Shown here: in pieces, positions 9,371 to 18,953 of the stretch
Layout of the letters: every line of letters starts with the position of its first letter
How positions within the stretch are numbered: the first letter of the stretch is position 1
Source: Raphidiopsis brookii D9
Lineage (GTDB): Bacteria > Cyanobacteriota > Cyanobacteriia > Cyanobacteriales > Nostocaceae
DNA: 32,000 bases
Direction of reading: 5' to 3'
Assembly: GCA_000175855.1 (NCBI GenBank)
Contig: ACYB01000022.1
Coordinates: forward strand, 60,001-92,000
The notes under the pieces: model-generated
Databases searched by the model: none
Seen by the model: the letters and a program-made list of their open reading frames with translations, nothing else
Told to the model about the DNA's origin: nothing
Made by a program: the position numbers and the translations under genes

Positions 9371-10447
9371 ATGGTAAATTCCCTAAAAAAACCAACCTTT
9401 GAAGAAATACGTCCCGGGGTGAAAGTTCCTGCGAAAGAAACCCTATTAACACCCCGATTCTATACAACTGATTTTGACGAAATGGCCCGGATGGATATCT
9501 CCGTCAATGAAGATGAGCTGCGGGCCATATTAGAGGAGTTTCGCGTTGACTATAACCGTCATCACTTTGTTCGAGATGCTGAATTTGAGCAGTCCTGGGA
9601 CCATATTGACGGTCAAACCCGCCAATTGTTCATTGAATTTCTAGAACGGTCCTGCACAGCAGAATTTTCTGGCTTCCTCCTCTACAAAGAACTAGGTCGC
9701 CGCTTAAAAGATAAAAGCCCTCTTCTGGCAGAGTGCTTTAATCTCATGTCACGGGATGAAGCTCGTCACGCTGGTTTTCTGAATAAGGCTATGTCGGACT
9801 TTAATCTATCCCTAGATCTGGGATTTTTGACCAAGAGTCGCAGTTATACCTTCTTCAAACCCAAATTTATCTTTTACGCCACCTATCTTTCTGAAAAGAT
9901 TGGTTATTGGCGGTATATCACCATTTATCGTCATTTAGAAAAACATCCTGAAGATAGAATTTATCCAATTTTTCGTTTCTTTGAAAACTGGTGTCAGGAT
10001 GAAAACCGTCATGGTGATTTCTTTGATGCTATCATGAAGGCCCAACCACAAATGTTGCGGGGGTGGCAAGGTAAACTTTGGAGTCGTTTCTTTTTGTTGT
10101 CTGTATTTGCCACTATGTATCTCAATGATATTCAGCGTAAAGATTTTTATGCTGCCATTGGTTTAGATGCTAGAGAGTACGACATTCATGTCATTAAGAA
10201 GACTAACGAAACAGCTGGTCGTGTATTTCCGGTAATTTTAGATGTGGAGAGTCCAGAGTTTTATCAGCGTCTGGATATTTGTATTAACAATAATGAAAGG
10301 TTAGCAGCTATTTCCAATGGCAATAGTCCCAAATTTCTGCAATTTTTGCAGAAGCTACCTATTTACATTTCCCATGGATGGCAGTTTCTCAAACTGTACT
10401 TGATGAAGCCCATTGATGTATTGGCAACCCAAGGTCAACCTAAATAG
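9371..10447 (+). CDS. acsF: Mg-protoporphyrin IX monomethyl ester oxidative (aerobic) cyclase
   Basis: Di-iron ExxH motifs are present ([20 protein letters not shown]), along with the conserved [15 protein letters not shown] used the ATG at 9371 rather than the track TTG at 9359. Confidence 0.92.
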   Translation: MVNSLKKPTFEEIRPGVKVPAKETLLTPRFYTTDFDEMARMDISVNEDELRAILEEFRVDYNRHHFVRDAEFEQSWDHIDGQTRQLFIEFLERSCTAEFSGFLLYKELGRRLKDKSPLLAECFNLMSRDEARHAGFLNKAMSDFNLSLDLGFLTKSRSYTFFKPKFIFYATYLSEKIGYWRYITIYRHLEKHPEDRIYPIFRFFENWCQDENRHGDFFDAIMKAQPQMLRGWQGKLWSRFFLLSVFATMYLNDIQRKDFYAAIGLDAREYDIHVIKKTNETAGRVFPVILDVESPEFYQRLDICINNNERLAAISNGNSPKFLQFLQKLPIYISHGWQFLKLYLMKPIDVLATQGQPK

Positions 10448-10456
10448 GGTTAAAGG

Positions 10457-10472
10457 CCCCGCATTAGCGGGG
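10457..10472. terminator. Short GC hairpin between convergent acsF and the coiled-coil gene
   Basis: CCCCGC-atta-GCGGGG, a 6-bp stem with no U-tract. Support is positional only. Confidence 0.3.
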
Positions 10473-10499
10473 ACAACATTCTATATCCTAAAAAGAGGC

Positions 10500-11069
10500 C
10501 TAGTTTTTCCTGTTCCTTTTCATTTCTTCTAGTTCATCCTGAATTTCCCAACGACGGAACTGTTCTTCCAGGTCATCAAACTTGGAATTGGAGTAGTTGA
10601 ACTTGGAATCCGCAGTTTTTGTACCCTCATTAGTTGCAGATTTAGTTTTATCACTTTTCATCGCTCTAGCTTTTGCTTGTACCTCTTCCCGACGTTGTCT
10701 AACCTTAGTTAACAGCTGTTGAGAGTGAACAATTCTCTCTTTTAAAGATTGCATACTTGCCCATTGCTGATTTCCCTCTCGCAACAAAGAGTCTTCTTTT
10801 GCTTGTGCTGGTACAGCTAAGTCTTCTTTACCTGCTGCCTTAGCTTTTTGAATACGAGCATGCCACCGTTGTATTTCTTGTGCAGTTGTCAGGATTTCAT
10901 CCTGGACTTGTCGTTCCTGTAATTGTAGATCCGTAATCAATTTTATTGTTTTTTCCTCCTCGCGCTGTAGTTGTTCCATGAGCATTTCCAACTCTAGATG
11001 AGGATTGTTTCGTATAAATTCTTCTAAACGGGATTCTAGAAAACGACTTAGATCATCAAATAGACTCAC
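10500..11069 (-). CDS. Conserved coiled-coil protein of unknown function
   Basis: 189-aa ORF. It is highly charged with a heptad-like Glu/Gln/Lys/Arg-rich sequence. The N-terminus MSLFDDLSRFLESRLEEF resembles a conserved cyanobacterial hypothetical family. Confidence 0.65.
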   Translation of the reverse strand: MSLFDDLSRFLESRLEEFIRNNPHLELEMLMEQLQREEEKTIKLITDLQLQERQVQDEILTTAQEIQRWHARIQKAKAAGKEDLAVPAQAKEDSLLREGNQQWASMQSLKERIVHSQQLLTKVRQRREEVQAKARAMKSDKTKSATNEGTKTADSKFNYSNSKFDDLEEQFRRWEIQDELEEMKRNRKN

Positions 11070-11151
11070 TGTAAAAACTCCAAAGGTAGATATATTTATG
11101 ATATGATGTCAGGGATGCTCAATTACCTAGCCATTTTTAGCGATGGGAGAC

Positions 11152-11964
11152 TCAAATAGAATCCAAATAACGACGTAACTTGCTACTAAAAATATCAATT
11201 ACTGTCACCACGACTAACAATACTAACATCATAGTGGTCGCTTTATTATACTCAAAACCGTCTATATAACTCTTTAACTGAAATCCAATTCCACCTGCAC
11301 CCACCACACCTAGCACGGAAGCAGCACGGATATTATACTCAAACATCCACAGAGTATAACCCAGTCCCAAAGGTAACACTTGAGGTAATATGCCATATTG
11401 AACCATTTGTAACTTTGACGCACCAATTACCTGCAAAGATTCCAATGAACTAGAATCTACAGCTTCAATAGCTTGCTGATAAAATTTCGCAAGATAGCCA
11501 ATGGTGTAGATAGCTAGGGCTAAGGTTCCAGCGGGCGCGCCTAAACCTGTAGCAGCGACAAAAATTAAGCCTAGAATGATTGAGGGAACAGAACGAACAG
11601 TATTTTGGAGTAAATTAGCTAACCATTGCAACCACAAAGGTGCAATATTATTAGCACTAGCTACTGCAATTGGTAAGGAGAGCAGCGCGCCAATAGAAGT
11701 TCCCCATAAAGACATTTGTACGGTTTCTATTAGTGCTTTAATGGCTATATCAACCACTTGCCAGTCGGGGGGAAATAACCTGACAATAAAATCTGTAATA
11801 TAGGGCCAACTGGTTTTGACTAATTCAAAATCAACTTTTAACCCTTGCAATGCCCAAAAATACACCCCTACTACCACTAAAATGATAATTAAGTTCCTCA
11901 ACCAAAAGAAACGATTAGGATAATAAAAATGATTAAATGGGTGGTGTTGAGGTGTTTTTTTCAT
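11152..11964 (-). CDS. phnE: Phosphonate ABC transporter permease
   Basis: 270-aa multi-pass membrane protein with a PhnE-like core. It is the last gene of a same-strand phnD-phnC-phnE run. Confidence 0.85.
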   Translation of the reverse strand: MKKTPQHHPFNHFYYPNRFFWLRNLIIILVVVGVYFWALQGLKVDFELVKTSWPYITDFIVRLFPPDWQVVDIAIKALIETVQMSLWGTSIGALLSLPIAVASANNIAPLWLQWLANLLQNTVRSVPSIILGLIFVAATGLGAPAGTLALAIYTIGYLAKFYQQAIEAVDSSSLESLQVIGASKLQMVQYGILPQVLPLGLGYTLWMFEYNIRAASVLGVVGAGGIGFQLKSYIDGFEYNKATTMMLVLLVVVTVIDIFSSKLRRYLDSI

Positions 11965-12028
11965 ATTTCAAATTTTGTGACATGTCCTTGGATATATTTT
12001 CCTCAACTTTGTAGTCGTAGTAGTCGTA

Positions 12029-12847
12029 TTATATAATAGGGGGTTCTGTCTGAAATTGAAAATTTAGTTTGTCTCTTAACTGGTCTAAGTGGTCTAACTT
12101 GTTTAAGTTATCAACCTTGGGCGCGGGTTCCTGGACAAATTTTTCTGGTAGGTTATTAGGTTTACCATCATAAACAATACGTCCAGCATCTAAAACTATA
12201 GCACGGTCAGCATATTTCGCAGCCATACCTAAGTCATGTAGGACAGCAATGATGGTTAGTCCTTGCTCCCGATTCAATTGGGTGAGAGTCTCCATCACCT
12301 GTTGAGATGCTATCACATCTAAACCAGTAATTGGTTCATCCGCTAAAAGGATTTGTGGGGATTGAATTAGCGCACGTGCAATAGCAACTCTTTGTTGTTG
12401 TCCACCACTTAGTTGATTGGTTCTTTGATGAATTTTACTTTTTAAGCCAAATTGTGCTAGCAATTCCTGTGCTAAAAATCGGTCTTGTAGTGGAAAACCA
12501 AATAAAGTTTGTGTAGTTTTTCTCTTCCCTAAACGACCACACAAAACATTATCCAAAACTGATAGCTGTCCTATTAATCCACCACCTTGAAATAACATAC
12601 CAATCTCTTGACGAATTTCTGGTAATGTCTGGTTTGTCATCACTCGATTATTAATATAAACTGAGCCATCTAGTACGGGTACTAACCCTACAAGCGATCG
12701 CAAGAGGGTGGACTTACCAGCTCCGTTTAAACCCAATAGAACTACAAATTCACCTTGGGCAATCTCTAAATCAATCCCATTGAGGATGGGACGATTTGAG
12801 GATGGGGTGTAACTTGTTTTTAGATTGTGACATTCAATTAGTTTCAT
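12029..12847 (-). CDS. phnC: Phosphonate ABC transporter ATP-binding protein
   Basis: Walker A GLNGAGKST, signature LSGGQQQR and Walker B ILLADEP are present. I chose the ATG at 12847; the track start at 12859 is TTG. Confidence 0.9.
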   Translation of the reverse strand: MKLIECHNLKTSYTPSSNRPILNGIDLEIAQGEFVVLLGLNGAGKSTLLRSLVGLVPVLDGSVYINNRVMTNQTLPEIRQEIGMLFQGGGLIGQLSVLDNVLCGRLGKRKTTQTLFGFPLQDRFLAQELLAQFGLKSKIHQRTNQLSGGQQQRVAIARALIQSPQILLADEPITGLDVIASQQVMETLTQLNREQGLTIIAVLHDLGMAAKYADRAIVLDAGRIVYDGKPNNLPEKFVQEPAPKVDNLNKLDHLDQLRDKLNFQFQTEPPII

Positions 12848-12977
12848 GGTAGTAACCAAGTTATTGTTAATTAAAAATATTCTAGCACTTCTAAACAGTT
12901 TGTGACAGTAAATAGCCTGGTAGAAAACTACTTATAGAAGTTACATATCGCACCATTTCCCCATTTTTCGCCCCCAA

Positions 12978-13958
12978 TTATGGTTCTATGCCCAAATTTT
13001 TCAGAGCATCGCGGACGGGTTTCAAGTGACGATTATGATCGACTCTCACTAGCTCGGTGGAATTATACAAACCCTGCAATAATTGGTTATTTTCTGGTTT
13101 GTTTAACTTGAGAAAGGCGTTAATAATTTTTTCTCGCATGACTACTGGAACATCATCATCAACAACTATTCCATGAGCGGGAACACCGGATATTTTATAC
13201 AGCACTCGCAATTTAGCAGCATCTGTGGTAGATATATAGGGAGGATACATGGCATACTCGGAAACTGTTGCTACATCTGCTTGACCACGCACTACTGCTT
13301 CCAAGGCTTTACTGTAATTACCTCCATAGGTAATTTGACCAAAGAAACCTTCCATCCGGTCTTTGTCCGGGACAAATCCGTTCTTCACCAACTCACTGAC
13401 TGGAAAAATAAACCCTGATCCAGAGGTGGGGGAGGTAAAGGCAATTTTTTTGCCTCTGAGCTGCTCCATTGTCGCTTTAGCAGAAGCTTTGGGAGTTAGA
13501 GGACTGTCTTTGGCAACTACAAATATGGAATTATAGGTGTATCTCCCAGAATAATTTGAACGTGTTTCTGCTAAGTGCATACGAGAATTTGCCAGTTTCT
13601 CCGCTTTTAAGGCTGGACGACTGCTTAAAAAAGCCACATCCGCACGATTTGCTCTTAGAGCTTCTACAGCAGCAGTATCATCACTAATTTGCGCTGTTAC
13701 AGGTATTCCTAACTCCCGAGATAGGAAGTTGGCTACTTTCCCGACTTGTTCTTGCAGATTGGGAGCATCCTTCCGACTGGGAAAGACTATGGTCAGATTT
13801 TTGAGATTTTTTGTAAGTAATAGTGGTACTACTGGAGGAGGAGTGGAGTTAGCCACCATGGGTTGGGTCTTCACCACATTGCTGATAAATAAACTTGTCA
13901 CTGTTGCCAATGTACTGGCAATCAAGAACTTTCTTTTCAGGAATTGGTCAAAGTTCAT
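12978..13958 (-). CDS. phnD: Phosphonate/phosphite-type ABC transporter periplasmic substrate-binding protein
   Basis: 326 aa with an N-terminal signal-like segment and a PhnD-like TSPTSGSGFIFP motif. It is first in the phnDCE order. Confidence 0.85.
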   Translation of the reverse strand: MNFDQFLKRKFLIASTLATVTSLFISNVVKTQPMVANSTPPPVVPLLLTKNLKNLTIVFPSRKDAPNLQEQVGKVANFLSRELGIPVTAQISDDTAAVEALRANRADVAFLSSRPALKAEKLANSRMHLAETRSNYSGRYTYNSIFVVAKDSPLTPKASAKATMEQLRGKKIAFTSPTSGSGFIFPVSELVKNGFVPDKDRMEGFFGQITYGGNYSKALEAVVRGQADVATVSEYAMYPPYISTTDAAKLRVLYKISGVPAHGIVVDDDVPVVMREKIINAFLKLNKPENNQLLQGLYNSTELVRVDHNRHLKPVRDALKNLGIEP

Positions 13959-14127
13959 TAGTAATAATTCTCAGTATTTTTGCAAATTAGTTTCAACTAA
14001 TCCTAAAACTTTTGAGAATAAAAGTCAATAGGCTCGCGTAGAAAATTTTGCGATTCAAAATATAATTAAAGTATTAGTACTTATTATATTAAGATTAAAT
14101 ACTATCGAAACAAAAGAGGATGGGACA

Positions 14128-14745
14128 ATGTCAAGAAAAAACATAATCAATCCAGAACAATCTTACACATTTGCAGACTATTTTAAACTTAACTTTGCTC
14201 CACAAGACATTTTGGCTTATTTCAATGTTTCCTTAGAACGTTCCATTTTAGAATTAGCACGGTCCACTAATGATCTGGATCGTTTATATGACTTGAAAAA
14301 ACGTATTGAAGAAGTATTGCCTCGTTTAAGTCTTACCAGCGAAATTGCACGCAGAGAATTTTTGATTGCTCCAGTATTAACAGACCTACTACACTACACG
14401 GAAGCTACCCTAAACATTGAATATCCTGTAGTAGTCAACAATCAACTAAAAGGTTCTTTGGACTACCTTATCCAAAATTCTCAAGTTTTTCTAGTGGTGG
14501 AAGCTAAAAATGAAGACCTAGAAAAAGGCTTTTTACAGTTAGCAGTGGAATTAATCGCCCTTGATCAATGGATGGAATCGGATCTTGACGTGTTAAATGG
14601 TGCAGTTTCTACGGGGAATATTTGGCAATTTGCAAAATTTAACACTCAGGATCGTATAATAACTCAAGATATTAATTTGTATCGTGTTCCCGCTGATTTA
14701 GAAGAAGTTTTGCGGATCCTAGTAAAGATACTGGCATCCCAATAA
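14128..14745 (+). CDS. Hypothetical protein with a PD-(D/E)XK nuclease-like core (HsdR-N-like fold)
   Basis: 205-aa ORF with D112-x12-E125-A-K127 (SLDYLIQNSQVFLVVEAKNED). A conserved-looking helix SEIARREFLIAPVL precedes it and Q-rich QLAVE follows it. Confidence 0.55.
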   Translation: MSRKNIINPEQSYTFADYFKLNFAPQDILAYFNVSLERSILELARSTNDLDRLYDLKKRIEEVLPRLSLTSEIARREFLIAPVLTDLLHYTEATLNIEYPVVVNNQLKGSLDYLIQNSQVFLVVEAKNEDLEKGFLQLAVELIALDQWMESDLDVLNGAVSTGNIWQFAKFNTQDRIITQDINLYRVPADLEEVLRILVKILASQ

Positions 14746-14903
14746 CCAGTCCTAGCTATAAGTGATTGCAACGGAGGCCAACCAAAACTTCCCAACCCCC
14801 ATCAAATAGTTTTCCAGCAACTTTTATATCAGATGGTATATCGGGTGGGTCAATTTTCCGGTAAAATACTTTGAGATATTTAAACGTTGACAAGAGAATT
14901 ACC

Positions 14904-15608
14904 ATGACAGTTGCAACAGCTTTTGACTTAGACAGTTTAAATGAACAATTTGAAACCGCCACTCCTACGGAAATCCTGGCATGGTCGGTGGAAAACATAC
15001 CTACGGGTTTAGTCCAAACCAGTGCTTTCAATGTTGATGACTTGATTATTACCCATATTCTTTATGAAGTACTGGATCACCCAACACCAGTGATTTTTCT
15101 TGATACCCTTCATCACTTTGAACAAACTTTAGACTTGGTTGCTAAAGCTAAAACAGTTTATGGCTTAGACTTAAAGACCTATAAAGTACCTGATGTATAT
15201 AGTCGTGAGGAGTTTACCGCTAAGTATGGAGAGGCGTTGTGGGATAGTGATATTAGTAAATTTCATCAAGTTACTAAAATTGAACCTTTACAGCGTGGAT
15301 TGGATGAATTAAATACGGTAGGTTGGATTACTGGTCGTCGTCGGGATCAGGCGGTTACCCGTGCGAATATGCCCGTGTTTGAGTTGGATAATCAAGGGCG
15401 CTTGAAAATTAATCCCTTGGCCACTTGGACAAGAAAAGAAAGCTGGGAGTATGTAGCTGAATACAAAGTAATTTATAATCCCCTACATGATCAAGGATAC
15501 CCAAGTATTGGTGATGAGCCAATTACTACTAGGGTAGCTGATGGAGAAGATGAAAGAGCTGGACGTTGGCGCGGTACTGGGAAGACTGAGTGTGGTATTC
15601 ACATTTAA
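14904..15608 (+). CDS. cysH: Phosphoadenosine phosphosulfate (PAPS) reductase, thioredoxin-dependent type
   Basis: The C-terminal ECGIH motif is present. It holds the only Cys in the protein, and SIGDEPIT replaces the Fe-S ligand motif SIGCxPCT of APS reductases. The ATG at 14904 is preferred over the track TTG at 14871. Confidence 0.88.
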   Translation: MTVATAFDLDSLNEQFETATPTEILAWSVENIPTGLVQTSAFNVDDLIITHILYEVLDHPTPVIFLDTLHHFEQTLDLVAKAKTVYGLDLKTYKVPDVYSREEFTAKYGEALWDSDISKFHQVTKIEPLQRGLDELNTVGWITGRRRDQAVTRANMPVFELDNQGRLKINPLATWTRKESWEYVAEYKVIYNPLHDQGYPSIGDEPITTRVADGEDERAGRWRGTGKTECGIHI

Positions 15609-15627
15609 CATTTAAATTAGATATAAG

Positions 15628-15648
15628 TCCCACACTGACAGTGTGGGA
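15628..15648 (+). terminator. Hairpin downstream of cysH
   Basis: TCCCACACTG (15628-15637) and CAGTGTGGGA (15639-15648) form a near-perfect palindrome 20 nt after the cysH stop. No U-tract follows. Confidence 0.4.
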
Positions 15649-15679
15649 GCGTATCATGAAAAAAAGATTGCCGTAAATC

Positions 15680-16924
15680 CATGATCAAAATTCTACACCT
15701 TTCAGATATTCATATAGGAAGCGGTTTTCCCACGGACGTATTAACCCCAACACTGGATTAAACACACGCCTGGAGGATTTTGTTAATACCCTATCTTTAT
15801 GTATTGATCGGGCCCTGTCTGAACCGGTGGATATGGTTATATTTGGTGGTGATGCTTTTCCGGATGCTACACCTCCACCCTACGTACAAGAAGCATTTGC
15901 CAGTCAGTTTCGTAGGTTAGTTGATGCCCATATTCCAACGGTTTTATTAGTTGGCAATCATGATTTACATTCTCAGGGTATAGGAGGAGCAAGTCTTAAT
16001 ATTTACCGAACTTTGGGAGTGCCTGGTTTTGTAGTGGGTGACAGTTTGACTACCCATCATATTCAAACCCCCAATGGTAAGGTACAAGTAATTACTCTAC
16101 CTTGGTTGACTAGATCTATGTTAATGACCCGCAAGGAAACTACGGGAATGTCTATGGCTGAGGTTAATCAACTTTTGACTGATAAATTACAAGTGGTTTT
16201 AGAAGGAGAGGTGAGAAATTTAGACCCAAATCTGCCCACCATACTTTTAGCCCATTTGATGGCTGATAATGCTATGTTGGGTGCGGAACGTTTATTAGCT
16301 GTAGGTAAGGGTTTTACTCTGCCAGCTTCTTTGTTGATTAGACCATGTTTTGATTATGTGGCATTAGGCCATGTCCACTGTCATCAAAATCTGAATAAAT
16401 CCAACGACCCACCTGTGGTTTATCCTGGTAGTATTGAGCGAGTGGATTTTAGCGAAGAAAAAGAACAAAAGGGTTATGTAATGGTCGAGTTGGAAAAAGG
16501 TAGGGCCAATTGGCAGTTTTGCCCACTACCTGCTCGTGTTTTTCGTACCATCGAGGTGGATTTATCCCCCAGCGACAATCCTCAACAAACATTATTGCAG
16601 GCGATCGCCAAACATGACCTAACCGGGACTGTAGTCAGACTAGTTTATAAACTGCGGTCGGAACAATTAGACGTAATAGAAAACGCTGTTATTCATAAGG
16701 CTCTAGGAGATGCACATCATTACACGATTCACCCAGAACTAGTGAGTCAATTAGCCAGACCGCGAATTCCCGAATTAAATGCTAGTAGTAGTATTGATCC
16801 CATAGAGGCATTAAAAACCTACTTAAACAATCGTGAAGATTTAAAAGATATTGCCACATATATGTTAGAAGCAGCACAAGAATTATTAGGAGATGAGGAG
16901 ACTAAGATTTTGGTAGACAGATAG
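15680..16924 (+). pseudogene. sbcD: SbcD/Mre11-type DNA repair exonuclease (metallophosphoesterase) with its reading frame interrupted near the 5' end
   Basis: From ATG 15680 the frame reads MIKILHLSDIHIGSGF (motif I, DxH), then PTDVLTPTLD and TAA at 15758-15760. The +2 frame over 15727-15780 reads SHGRINPNTGLNTRLEDF. The original frame resumes at 15782 (VNTLSLCIDRALSEPVDMVIFGGDAFPD, then GNHD and GHVH motifs). The track ORF (GTG 15827) lacks motif I. Confidence 0.8.
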
Positions 16925-17003
16925 TGATACTTTGTTGTTTTGCCTTCATGAATAATGCAGGTTAATTTATAAACTATAAACACATTTGTTTGGTAGGCCA
17001 CCT

Positions 17004-18839
17004 ATGTCATTCTACCCTCAGATCAAACAATTTGTCATTGGTAAATCCTTACCTACGACTGCTCATATTGAGGAAAGATTAAGTAATGCTGCTGCTTTGG
17101 CAGTTCTATCCTCGGACGCATTATCTTCTGTTGCTTATGCGACAGAGGAAATTTTATTAGTTTTAATGGCTGCTGGTACTGGTGCTCTAGGTTTATCTCT
17201 CCCCATTAGCATTGCTATTATTTTGCTATTAGCAATAGTTGTACTTTCCTATCGTCAAACCATCCGTGCTTATCCTCAAGGTGGAGGCTCTTACATTGTA
17301 GCCAGAGAAAATATAGGTTTATATGCTGGTTTAATAGCAGGTAGCTCCTTAATGATTGATTATATTTTGACGGTTACCGTAAGTATATCAGCCGGAACGG
17401 CTGCATTAACCTCGGCAATGCCATTTTTAAGAGATCACACAGTTCTTTTATGTTTGATTTTTATATTCCTATTAATGCTAGCCAATCTCAGGGGAGTTAA
17501 GGAATCAGGGAAGATATTTATGATTCCGACCTATGCCTTTATTACTACTATTTTTCTATTGATTATTGTTGGTTTAATTCAACATGTGACCGGACAGGTA
17601 TCAACATCATATCCCATAATTCCCATCAGTCAGGAATTAAGCTTATTCTTTGTTTTGCGGGCTTTTGCTGCTGGCTGTACTGCACTTACTGGGGTGGAAG
17701 CTATTTCTGATGGAGTATTAGCGTTTAAACCCCCCGAGTGGAAAAATGCCCGTTTGACCCTAGTGTATTTGGGAATTATTCTGAGTTTCATGTTTGTGGG
17801 AATTAGCTTTTTAGCCAATTCCCATCATATTGTCCCCGAATCTGGACAGACTGTCCTTTCCTTATTAGGAAGAGAAATTTTTGGTGTCAGTCCCATTTAT
17901 TATTTCCTCCAAATTGTGACTTTGTTAGTCTTATTATTAGCTGCAAATACCAGCTATGCGGATTTTCCTCGATTGTGTTACTTCCTGGCCAGAGATGGAT
18001 TTTTACCCCGCCAATTATCACTACTGGGCGATCGCCTGGTCTATTCCAATGGCATTATCCTCCTAAGTGCTTGTGCAGCGATTTTAGTCATTCTCTTTAA
18101 AGGTGAAGTGAATGCGGTTATTCCTCTATATGCAGTAGGTGTATTTACTTCTTTTACCCTTTCGCAAGCGGGAATGGTTCGTCACTGGTTTGTTCAAAAG
18201 AGTCCGGGTTGGCAAGCTAGTGCCATGATGAATGGGGTAGGTACAATTACTACGTTAGTTGTTTTATTAGTGATTATTTACACTAAATTTTTGAGAGGTG
18301 CCTGGCTAGTAGTTGTAGCCATTCCTATATTTGTCAGCTTGTTTTTAGGCATTGCCCGTCATTATCAGTATGTAGCCAGGGGTTTGAGTGTTCAGGATAT
18401 AGTACGGCCTAGCTATACACCCAGACCAAAACTGGAAGTAATCACTCATCCTGCGGTTGTAGTAATTGGTCAACTCAACCTAGGAACAGTACAAGCTTTG
18501 GACTATGCACGTCTAATTGCGGATGAAATTGTTGCTGTTCATGTGGATATTGGCTCTACGGACAGGGAAAAACTGTGGGAAAAATGGCAAAAATTAGAAT
18601 CAGATATTCCCCTGCATATTATTGACTCCCCCTATCGTTCTGTAATTGACCCCATAGTTAAGTTTATCGGTGAATTTGAAGAGCGTTATCCCGATGTTTT
18701 TACAACCATAATTATCCCTGCTTTTGTCACCCGTAACTGGTGGGATGCCATTCTACATAACCAAACTAGCTTATTCTTAAAGAATGCCTTACGGGCGAAA
18801 AAAAGTCGAGTTGTCACCACGGTAAGATACTTTTTATGA
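17004..18839 (+). CDS. APC-superfamily permease with a ~150-aa cytoplasmic C-terminal domain (KimA/YdaO-like architecture)
   Basis: About 611 aa from ATG 17004. It has roughly 12 hydrophobic segments, and the N-terminal motif LSSDALSSVAYATEEIL is typical of this APC subgroup. The soluble tail runs from about residue 470. Confidence 0.8.
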   Translation: MSFYPQIKQFVIGKSLPTTAHIEERLSNAAALAVLSSDALSSVAYATEEILLVLMAAGTGALGLSLPISIAIILLLAIVVLSYRQTIRAYPQGGGSYIVARENIGLYAGLIAGSSLMIDYILTVTVSISAGTAALTSAMPFLRDHTVLLCLIFIFLLMLANLRGVKESGKIFMIPTYAFITTIFLLIIVGLIQHVTGQVSTSYPIIPISQELSLFFVLRAFAAGCTALTGVEAISDGVLAFKPPEWKNARLTLVYLGIILSFMFVGISFLANSHHIVPESGQTVLSLLGREIFGVSPIYYFLQIVTLLVLLLAANTSYADFPRLCYFLARDGFLPRQLSLLGDRLVYSNGIILLSACAAILVILFKGEVNAVIPLYAVGVFTSFTLSQAGMVRHWFVQKSPGWQASAMMNGVGTITTLVVLLVIIYTKFLRGAWLVVVAIPIFVSLFLGIARHYQYVARGLSVQDIVRPSYTPRPKLEVITHPAVVVIGQLNLGTVQALDYARLIADEIVAVHVDIGSTDREKLWEKWQKLESDIPLHIIDSPYRSVIDPIVKFIGEFEERYPDVFTTIIIPAFVTRNWWDAILHNQTSLFLKNALRAKKSRVVTTVRYFL

Positions 18840-18904
18840 TCTAATGTAACCTTATCCATTAATAATCCCTTGGTTTTTCATAACTAAGATTTAGCTCCTT
18901 TAAA

Positions 18905-18953
18905 AAGAGAGTGGGAGGAGGCATTACCAAGCGCCATTCACTCCCACTCTCTT
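18905..18953 (+). terminator. Long perfect hairpin downstream of the APC permease gene
   Basis: AAGAGAGTGGGAG (18905-18917) and CTCCCACTCTCTT (18941-18953) form a 13-bp perfect stem with a 23-nt loop, followed by ATTTG. It starts 66 nt after the stop codon. Confidence 0.5.

Noticed and set aside
13959-14127. Pho-box-like TTAA-containing direct repeats upstream of phnD. Regulation by the SphR/PhoB-type phosphate regulator would be expected for a phosphonate transporter.
   Set aside because: The spacer is so AT-rich that TTAA-type octamers occur everywhere. I could not find three units with the required 11-bp phasing.
16925-17003. Possible c-di-AMP (ydaO/kimA-type) riboswitch upstream of the KimA-like permease.
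   Set aside because: Only about 80 nt separate the sbcD stop from the permease ATG. That is too short for this riboswitch class, and I saw no pseudo-two-fold ACGR-type conserved cores.
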